Source of the DNA: Longimicrobiales bacterium
GTDB taxonomy: Bacteria; Gemmatimonadota; Gemmatimonadetes; Longimicrobiales; Gaopeijiaceae
Direction of reading: 5' to 3'
DNA length: 64,000 bases
Assembly: GCA_965218295.1 (NCBI GenBank)
Contig: CBDCKN010000010.1
Coordinates: 1-64,000 of the forward strand
Shown here: positions 33,082 to 40,599 of the stretch, piece after piece
Layout: each line of letters begins with the position of its first letter
How positions within the stretch are numbered: the stretch's first letter is position 1
Notes under the pieces: model-generated
Seen by the model: only the letters and a program-made list of their open reading frames with translations
Database searches by the model: none
What the model was told of the DNA's origin: nothing
Position numbers and translations under genes: made by a program

Positions 33082-33480
33082 TCGTGATGGTCCAGATCGG
33101 TGTGGTGCTTCGGCGAGCCGGTGTCAGACCCAAGCTATCCGGGGGACGGAACAATCGGAAACGACGAGGGGCGGATGTAGGAACGGTCGTCGCGGCTCGA
33201 AACCAGCCCCCCCAGGGTGGCCGCACGATTCCCGTTACACTGCACCCGCCCCAACAAGACGGTGTCAAACCTGATCGTCGGTAGTCGTATCGCTATATAC
33301 GACCGGCGCAATGAGATGTCACTCTCATATCGGTACGGGTTCGAAATGTGTCTTGAGACGGGTGCGTTGCCGGTTGCGGGATGCTCAGCGAGATTAGCCG
33401 TAGCCATCGCCTCCCCAGGCCGCACCCGGTGAGGTTGAGACAGATCCCCTCGAGGACCGGCGATCACCGAAACCATCGCG

Positions 33481-34131
33481 ATGCGCCACAGCCAAACTCA
33501 CGAGCCTGCCGCCAACGGACACCCACGGGTCTCTGCGGTGGTCGCCCTCACGTTTCTGGAGGTCATTCGGGCGCATGATCGACCCTCCGAGGTTTTCGAG
33601 GAGGAGGACACGTCCGTCACCATGCCCCGGCGGCTGGGGCTGAGCGATGTCGTGGAGCGCCAGATCCGCAGCTATCAAGACGAGACGAAGCGAGGGCGGA
33701 AGATCTCCGACGAAGAGTTCGGGAATCTGGTGCGTCTCGTCATCAAGAGGCCCGACTCCGAGGACGTGTTCTTCGAGTGCGGCAGGCGGCTCGCGAACAA
33801 GCAGAACGATCGTCGGACTCGCTTCACGCCCCGCAGGCTGGCATTGGCCCTTGCCCGTCGGCGCGTACGCCGCCGGCTGAAGGCTTTGTTCGGAAGACGC
33901 TTGGGGGGGTTCGCCCGCGGTGGCTTCACCTTGGAGGGTCGTGCGCTCCTCTTCATGCAGAGTGACCCCGGTGGTGACGCATGCGGCCTCGTGTCGGGTC
34001 TCTGCTCTGCCGTTTTGAGCGCCACGATCCACGGCGCACCGGCAGTGGATCATCTGGCCTGTGAGGCCCGCGGGGACGCCTTTTGCCGGTGGGGGATTCC
34101 AGAAGGGGTGGAGCAGGTGCCTTATCGCTAA
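33481..34131 (+). CDS. Hypothetical protein with C-terminal V4R-like domain
   Basis: ACGLVSG...VDHLACEARGDAFCRW resembles the V4R Cys pattern. Confidence 0.6.
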   Translation: MRHSQTHEPAANGHPRVSAVVALTFLEVIRAHDRPSEVFEEEDTSVTMPRRLGLSDVVERQIRSYQDETKRGRKISDEEFGNLVRLVIKRPDSEDVFFECGRRLANKQNDRRTRFTPRRLALALARRRVRRRLKALFGRRLGGFARGGFTLEGRALLFMQSDPGGDACGLVSGLCSAVLSATIHGAPAVDHLACEARGDAFCRWGIPEGVEQVPYR

Positions 34132-34199
34132 GAGACCTGGTCCGTAGTTCTCAAAACATCACGGGGCTCCCACGCGTTGCGAGCCCGAGTAGGAGGTAC

Positions 34200-34949
34200 A
34201 TGGACGGGTTGTCGGCGGTATCGGTGATGGCCGCCCTGGTGGCGGCTTTGATGGGCTTCTTCGTAGGAAGGAGCTCGAGTCGTCCACAGCGGGGCACCTC
34301 TGGCGGGGCCAAGCCCGGTTCCGTCGCCTCAGGTGGGGGTGGCGGCCCGGACGAGGCCTTCAGCCTCGCCCTCTCCCGCATCGGGGGGTACCTACGCCAG
34401 AACGTGGATGCTCCGCTGTCCGCGGCCTTCAAGGACCGAAGGCTCTCTCTCAGGAAGGCAGCGGAGCAGGCCGTCGCGGCGGTGGATGATCTCCACTTCT
34501 TCCTCGAAGATCCGACAGGGGAGATCGACGAGGACGACTTGTTGCGCATCGCGAAGGAGGCCGTCCACGACTACGAGGCGGATTGGGATCTGTCCGTGCG
34601 GGTGTCCGCCAAGGGGCCGGTTCCCGTCCAGGTGAATACCGAAGCACTCCTCGATGCGCTCTACCTCATTCTTCACAATGCGGCGGTGTTCGGTGAGGGA
34701 AAGGGAGTGGTCGTGACGGTGTCCAGCGACGGAGAGTGGGGCCGGGTGCTCGTTCAGGACGAAGGTCCCGGCTTCACGGCGGAAGCCCTGTCCAGGGCGT
34801 ACGATCCCTTCTACACGACGACCGAGGGGGGGTTGGGCTTGGGCCTCTCGCACGCACGGAGGGCCGTGGAGCAACAGGCCGGGCGAATCCACCTAAGGAA
34901 CCGCACCGACGGAGGCGCGGAGGTAGAGATCGCCGTTCCGCTGGCCTGA
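34200..34949 (+). CDS. Membrane-anchored HATPase_c protein, histidine-kinase-like but without a recognisable H-box
   Basis: AGGAGG SD; N-terminal TM; N box LILHNAA, G1 QDEGPGF, F box YDPFYTT, G2 GLGLGLS. Confidence 0.75.
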   Translation: MDGLSAVSVMAALVAALMGFFVGRSSSRPQRGTSGGAKPGSVASGGGGGPDEAFSLALSRIGGYLRQNVDAPLSAAFKDRRLSLRKAAEQAVAAVDDLHFFLEDPTGEIDEDDLLRIAKEAVHDYEADWDLSVRVSAKGPVPVQVNTEALLDALYLILHNAAVFGEGKGVVVTVSSDGEWGRVLVQDEGPGFTAEALSRAYDPFYTTTEGGLGLGLSHARRAVEQQAGRIHLRNRTDGGAEVEIAVPLA

Positions 34950-34975
34950 ACCCCCGGCCGTGACCGCTCTGCCTT

Positions 34976-35923
34976 CTAGCTCCTGGGTGCTACGGCCTCG
35001 CTTTCGGTGGCTACGTCCACGGTGCCGGAAGTGCCTGCCTGCGGAGCCCAGGTCATCACCACCAACGCCACGGTGAGGGTCAGGATGGTGGCGGCCAGCA
35101 GCGTATGGAGTGACACGGGCATGACGGCCAGCCGCATATACACCGAAAGGAACCCCAACGTCACCTGAAGGACCACGAGGGCTCCGGCCGTCAGAGCAAG
35201 CGTCCTGGCCACCGAGGGTTCCAGCTCCCTCATCGCCCGCACCGCGAGGACCGACAGGGACACCAACAGCAGGATGCCGACCACCCTGTGTCCGAAGTGG
35301 ACAGCGACAGTGGCGGTCTCCAGGGGAGGCACCCACTGGCCGAGGCACAGGGGGACATCGGGACACACGAGTCCTGCGTCCATGTGCCGAACGGCTCCTC
35401 CGAGGACCGATTGGAGGAAGGTGAGGACCGCCCCCACCAGCGCGATCCGGCGAAGACCCACGAGGCCGCTCGCGGGCCCCTCCCCCGACGTCCACCGGGG
35501 CGAGGTGACCACGGTCAGGCCCGTGGCCAGAGCCAGGAAGAGGAAGGCCAGCGCCAAGTGGGTCGTCGAGATGGCGTCGGGGAGCTGCAGAAGGACCGTG
35601 AGCCCACCGAAGACACTCTGAACGATGAGCAGGCCGATTCCCACAAGGGCCCACCTCCTGATAGCTGGCCGGTGCGCCTCGGGCTTCCAGGACACGTAGG
35701 TCGCCGCGGAGAAGATCAGGACCAGGCCGCCGGCTACCAGGCGATGTAGGTGCTCCCAAAAGACGGCGCCTGTCATCTCGGGGACCATGGTGCCGAGGCA
35801 TGTGGGCCAGTCCGGGCACGCAAGACTGGATTCCGTGGCGTGGACGACGCTCCCCAGAAAAAGGAGCCCCAGGGTCCAGACCGTGGTGACGTAGAAGCCT
35901 CTATGATGCTGCGCGGTGTTCAT
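34976..35923 (-). CDS. ctaA: Heme A synthase (COX15/CtaA family)
   Basis: SSLACPDWPTC, WEHLHRL, GLVCPDVPLC, HFGHR, SLHT; about 8 TM helices. Confidence 0.88.
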   Translation of the reverse strand: MNTAQHHRGFYVTTVWTLGLLFLGSVVHATESSLACPDWPTCLGTMVPEMTGAVFWEHLHRLVAGGLVLIFSAATYVSWKPEAHRPAIRRWALVGIGLLIVQSVFGGLTVLLQLPDAISTTHLALAFLFLALATGLTVVTSPRWTSGEGPASGLVGLRRIALVGAVLTFLQSVLGGAVRHMDAGLVCPDVPLCLGQWVPPLETATVAVHFGHRVVGILLLVSLSVLAVRAMRELEPSVARTLALTAGALVVLQVTLGFLSVYMRLAVMPVSLHTLLAATILTLTVALVVMTWAPQAGTSGTVDVATESEAVAPRS

Positions 35924-36021
35924 ACCCGATCCTCGCCAATATCTTGCTCGGGGGATTAGCCCCAGAGAACCCAACAAATTACCCATCCGTTCATGGATCC
36001 AATAGATAAGAGGACGCTTCC

Positions 36022-36402
36022 ATGCCGCCACGGGAGCGCCTGAGCCCGAAGAAGACCGTGGTGGGTGAGCGCGGCCTTACCCTCAGTGCCGGCCAGCGCC
36101 AGCGCGTAGCCATCGCTCGGGTCATCCTGGAGCGCCCCAAGGTCCTGATCCTGGATGAGGCGTCGAGCAGCCTCGACGCGGAGAGCGAAGCGCTGGTGCA
36201 GCACGCTCTCGAGCACCTCATGGAGGGGCTCACGACCCTGGTCATCGCCCACCGCCTGTCGACGGTGATACGGGCGGACCGAATCCTGGTGCTGGACCGG
36301 GGCACCATCGTGGACCAGGGCTCGCACCGGGAGCTCCTCGAGAGGAGTGACGTCTACGACCGCCTGTATCGGCGACAGTCCAGCGACGCCCTGGTGTTCT
36401 GA
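36022..36402 (+). pseudogene. C-terminal fragment of an ABC transporter ATPase (MsbA-like)
   Basis: [33 protein letters not shown] present; no Walker A or TM domain, and ctaA starts immediately upstream on the other strand. Confidence 0.75.
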
Positions 36403-36405
36403 GTC

Positions 36406-36571
36406 TAGTGTCCCGTTACCAAAGTGTCTCGGCCAGTCGAGGGCACGGTGCATCCGCGGGCTCGGCGTTGGGACTCCTTACCGTAGCTTGCGCTACGCCG
36501 CGTCGTCCCGCCTTGATCCCACGGCGCCCCGGCCCTCTTGGTGGCTCGCGAACTTCGGAAACGGAACACTA
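36406..36571. mobile_element. MITE, full copy with TA at both ends
   Basis: TA-GTGTCCCGTTACCAAAGT...ACTTCGGAAACGGAACAC-TA. Confidence 0.9.
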
Positions 36572-38530
36572 TCCCGTCGGTGCCGGCTCCGGTGAGTCCG
36601 CCGGTGCGGGTTGCACCGGGGGTGCCACGGGCGCCACAGGGGTGGTGGTGGCCGGTTCCTCGGATGGAATCCAGTCTTCCTTCACCAGCCCCTCTTCCAC
36701 CCAGGCGAACATCCCTTCCATCGTCTGTTGTGCCACCTTGTACGTGGCGGCGTCGTTGTTCGAGAACAGGCGATCGAAGCGGTCCCTGATCCGGGCTCTG
36801 GCCTGACGGCAGAAGAGGTCCGCTAACGTGTACGGCGACCGGTCCGACGGACTCGCCCTCACGAGGCTCTGGGCCCGCACGACCGTGGAGACCATCACGA
36901 ACAGCTCGGAGCCGATCTCGACGATCCTCCCGAGAACCGCCTGCTTTCGCTCGAGGCCAGGGCCGAAGCGAGCCATGGCGTAGAAGATCGATCTCGCCAG
37001 CCGTGCCGAGGTTCTGTGGGCGTACCTCAGGTGGCCTGCCAAGGGACCGAACTCCCGATACCGGGGCCACCGGCCCCAGGTGAGCCAGCGGCTGGGATAC
37101 CACCAGGCGTAGTGGACGCCCGCCCGGATCAAGGCGGCGAAGCGCTTCCCCATGGGTGCCTTGGGATTGATCAAGTCGCCGGCCACGCTCAGGTGGCTGT
37201 CTACGGCCTCCCGGGCGATGAAGAGGTGCATGATCTCGCTGGATCCCTCGAAGATGAGGTTGATCCTGCTGTCCCGGAGCGCGCGCTCGATGGGGTAAGG
37301 ATGTTCCCCACGTGCGCGAAGGGAGTCGGCCTGCTCATACCCCCGCCCGCCCCGGATCTGCACGGCGTCATCGATGACCTGATAGCTGGTCTCACTGTTC
37401 CACATCTTCGCAATGGCTGCCTCGATACGAATGTCGAAGCCTTTGGCGTCGGCCATGCGGGCGGTCAGGTCGACGACGGCGTCGAGGGCGAACGTATTGG
37501 CGGCCATGGTGCCGAGTTTCTGGGCGATGGCATCGTGCTTGCCCACGGCCGCTCCCCACTGGACGCGCTCGGCTGCCCACTGCCGGCACGACAGGAGCGC
37601 TCCCTTTGCTCCCACGGCGCAGAACGCCGGAATGGACAACCGTCCCGTATTCAGGGTGATGAGAGCCAGCTTGAGCCCTCGACCCTCTTCCCAAAGCAGG
37701 TTTTCCCTGGGGACTTTGACGTTGTTGAAGCGGATCACGCCGTTGGATAGGCCGTTGAGGCCCAGGAACGTGCAGACGTGTCCGACCTCGACGCCTTCCC
37801 ACGCCGTCTCGACGATCAGTGCGCTGATAGGCTTTCGCCCCCGTACGCCCTCCCGCGCCGGGGTCCGTACCATGACAACGATGATGTCCGCCCGCGGTCC
37901 GTTGGTGCACCAGAGCTTCTCGCCATTCAGAATCCAGTGCTTGCCGTCCTCCGAGAGCTCCGCCGTGGTGGACAGGTTTGCCGGGTCTGAACCGACGTCC
38001 TGCTCCGTCAGCGCGAAGGCCGACAGCTCTCCCGCCGCGAGCCGTGGGAGGTATTTCCTCTTCTGCTCCTCGGTGCCGAAGTAGATCAGCGGCTGCGGGA
38101 CGCCGATGGACTGATGCGCGGACAGGAACGCACCCGTCGAGCCGCACCGGCTGGCGACGATGCCGAGAGCCTTGTTGTAGTGATACTGCGAGAGCCCGAG
38201 ACCACCGTACTCCTGGGGGATCTTGATGCCGAAGGCGCCGAGCTCCGCCAGGCCATCCAGAACCTCCTGGGGAACCCATCGATCGCGGTCGATGGCATCG
38301 CCGTCGATGTGGGCGATCGTGAACTCTTCCAGCGCCTTCAGGAACGGCTTGGCTCTGGCCTCCAGCTCAGGACTCGGCTCGGGCGGCGGATATACCACAT
38401 GAAGGTCTAGCCGGCCGTCGAACAGCCCCCGGGCGAAGCTCCGGTTCTTCCACTCCGTTTCTCGTGCGGCCTCGGCGACCTGCCGTGCTTCCTGTACGCT
38501 GGCCAGGGCCTTGTGGGGCTCCTGCGACAT
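36569..38530 (-). CDS. Acyl-CoA dehydrogenase (long type)
   Basis: SAHQSIG, FALTEQDVGSD, LNGEKLWCTNG, LNTGR, QIRGGRGY, RINLIFEG. Confidence 0.93.
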   Translation of the reverse strand: MSQEPHKALASVQEARQVAEAARETEWKNRSFARGLFDGRLDLHVVYPPPEPSPELEARAKPFLKALEEFTIAHIDGDAIDRDRWVPQEVLDGLAELGAFGIKIPQEYGGLGLSQYHYNKALGIVASRCGSTGAFLSAHQSIGVPQPLIYFGTEEQKRKYLPRLAAGELSAFALTEQDVGSDPANLSTTAELSEDGKHWILNGEKLWCTNGPRADIIVVMVRTPAREGVRGRKPISALIVETAWEGVEVGHVCTFLGLNGLSNGVIRFNNVKVPRENLLWEEGRGLKLALITLNTGRLSIPAFCAVGAKGALLSCRQWAAERVQWGAAVGKHDAIAQKLGTMAANTFALDAVVDLTARMADAKGFDIRIEAAIAKMWNSETSYQVIDDAVQIRGGRGYEQADSLRARGEHPYPIERALRDSRINLIFEGSSEIMHLFIAREAVDSHLSVAGDLINPKAPMGKRFAALIRAGVHYAWWYPSRWLTWGRWPRYREFGPLAGHLRYAHRTSARLARSIFYAMARFGPGLERKQAVLGRIVEIGSELFVMVSTVVRAQSLVRASPSDRSPYTLADLFCRQARARIRDRFDRLFSNNDAATYKVAQQTMEGMFAWVEEGLVKEDWIPSEEPATTTPVAPVAPPVQPAPADSPEPAPTG

Positions 38531-38708
38531 GACCGTTCTCTCCTGGTTGCGGGCTGGGGCGGGACTCCAGCTATGGTCCGCTGCACCCTAGAAATCTAAC
38601 TCGTGCGGTCCGTCTACGTGTGCCCGCCGTTTCTCCGGGAGGGAGATCAACAGGCTGGTTGAAGGAGTACAGTGGGTCGCGCACAGGCCTCGAGCGGTCC
38701 CGTCGGAA

Positions 38709-39908
38709 TCAGTCGTCGGAGCCCTCCGCCACGATGAACTCCTCGATCTCGTCGGCCCTTGCCTCGGCGTCGGTCTCGCCGAGCTCGATGAGGCGGTGCG
38801 TGTAGTCCGGCTGGAAGAGGACGAGGCTGAGGAGGTCCGAACTGGCGGTCTGACGTGTGCCCAGCCCTCTCGTGAGGAAGCGGAAGGTCCTGGGAAGCTT
38901 GGGCTCGAACTCGCTCGCGAGGTGTCCCAGATCGACCGAGGGGCGCAGGATCAGGAGGCTGACCCGCCGCAGACCGTCCCTTCCACTCCGGGGCACCTGA
39001 TCGATGAGACGGTTCAGCCGCTCGAGCCGCAGCGCGTCCTGGTCGAGGAGATCGAGAAAGACCGAGTTGAGCAGGACACCCAGCACCTGGGCCGGGGGCG
39101 GGTAGCCGGTCACTTCGGGAACCCGAGCCTCGGCTGGTGAGCGCTCGTAGCGGGTGGAGATGGCCAGGATCTTCTCGGCTCCGAGATGGAGCGCCGGGGA
39201 CAGCGGTGCGGCGAGACGCACCCCCCCGTCACCATAGTACTCGTCGCCCATGCAGATGGCCGGGAAAAAGAGCGGGAGGGCAGCCGACGCCATCACGTGA
39301 TCGACGGTGAGCACTGTCTTCCGCGAGCTCCTCTGCGGCCGCGTCCAATCCTGGAGATCGCACCCCTGAATCCAGGTTACCGACTGGCCCGTGGTGTAGC
39401 TCGAGGTGCTGAGCGCCACCGCTTTGAGCCGGCCCACTGCAATGTTGTACTGGATCCCGGTGAGCTCGCCGTTCACGGCGTGCATCACCTCGGACAGGTA
39501 GCCCCGCAAAGGCGACGTGTCGACCAGGCCCTTGACCCGCACCGCGCCACCGACACCCCCGGACAACAGCTGAAACGCCCAGCGAAGACCCGTCCAACCC
39601 AGTGATGGCGTGTCGACCCGGAAGACGTCTTCGACCGTGAGCCGCTCCCAGAGCGAGACCATCTCCTCCACGGCCTGGTGGAAGGAGCCGTGGTGCGAGG
39701 CGAGAAGGGCGGCGTTGATCCCTCCCGCGGAAACGCCGGTGACGATGGGAACCCGCAGGTTGGGGAACCGTCGGGCCAGGCACCGGAGGAATCCCACCTG
39801 ATAGGCGGCTCGTGCCCCGCCGCCGCCCATTACCAGACCCAGATCGGGGCTGCCTTGGGTCAGAGAGGGAGACGGGGCGTCCGGGGAGTGCTCTGGTGTC
39901 GACGTCAT
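38709..39908 (-). CDS. Patatin-like phospholipase
   Basis: GGGARAAYQVG, GVSAG, DGG motifs. Confidence 0.9.
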   Translation of the reverse strand: MTSTPEHSPDAPSPSLTQGSPDLGLVMGGGGARAAYQVGFLRCLARRFPNLRVPIVTGVSAGGINAALLASHHGSFHQAVEEMVSLWERLTVEDVFRVDTPSLGWTGLRWAFQLLSGGVGGAVRVKGLVDTSPLRGYLSEVMHAVNGELTGIQYNIAVGRLKAVALSTSSYTTGQSVTWIQGCDLQDWTRPQRSSRKTVLTVDHVMASAALPLFFPAICMGDEYYGDGGVRLAAPLSPALHLGAEKILAISTRYERSPAEARVPEVTGYPPPAQVLGVLLNSVFLDLLDQDALRLERLNRLIDQVPRSGRDGLRRVSLLILRPSVDLGHLASEFEPKLPRTFRFLTRGLGTRQTASSDLLSLVLFQPDYTHRLIELGETDAEARADEIEEFIVAEGSDD

Positions 39909-40134
39909 CTTCGGCTTTTTCGGACCGCCCATCTCAGAAGGGACAGTTCTATTCTCTCTACGCATTATAGGAGCGTCAACTCCTGCCACGGGCCATTTGC
40001 TGGCGCCCAATCAGGTCCCCACCTCACAGGTTCACTCGAGCACGGAGGCCGGCGATCCGGGGCGGGTCGCCGCCGGCCCTGCGAGCCGCGCCCGGATCCT
40101 TTCACACGGGTGCCGGTCTGTGCCCAGGCCAGGC

Positions 40135-40527
40135 CTATCCCACGATGGGCCGCCCGATCGCCATGACCCCCAGCACGATCATGGCAAGGGCCGCCAGGGC
40201 CCAGACACCGTGAGGAAGGTAGGTCTTCTCCTCCTCCGGCCGCCGGCGCATGACCGAGACCGGAATCTGACCGGCCGCCGCGGCAAAGAGCATCATGAAG
40301 ATGTGGCCGGTCACGGCCGGTTGAAAACGTCCGGAGAAGATGAGCGCCAGGCCCAGGAGGATCTGGAGGTGCAGGAGCCCGGCAAAGCTGGAGGAGAGGA
40401 TTCGCATCCCCTTGTCGTAAGCACGTCCCGAAACGGCTCCGTAGACGGAGTAGAGCACGGTCAGGACGCCTGCGAGGAGGATCAGGTAGCGGACTCCGGA
40501 GTGGAACTGTAGGAAAAAGTTGTTCAT
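40135..40527 (-). CDS. Hypothetical 4-TM membrane protein
   Basis: HSGVRYL, HLQILLGL, HIFMM; four hydrophobic helices with His residues. Confidence 0.7.
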   Translation of the reverse strand: MNNFFLQFHSGVRYLILLAGVLTVLYSVYGAVSGRAYDKGMRILSSSFAGLLHLQILLGLALIFSGRFQPAVTGHIFMMLFAAAAGQIPVSVMRRRPEEEKTYLPHGVWALAALAMIVLGVMAIGRPIVG

Positions 40528-40599
40528 TTTGGCCTTGGGCTGTATGTGGTTTCAGTCGGTCTTTAGAAGGCTAGTTCGGTCTCACGATCCACGGCCGGA

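Noticed and set aside
33268..33316. TPP riboswitch (AACCTGATC motif near the E1-alpha gene)
   Set aside because: No upstream CTGAGA element, and it is on the opposite strand to the TPP-dependent gene.
21528..36571. Repeats as a CRISPR array or integron attC sites
   Set aside because: They are dispersed, 160-185 bp long, TIR-bounded, have no spacers, and no cas or integrase gene is present.
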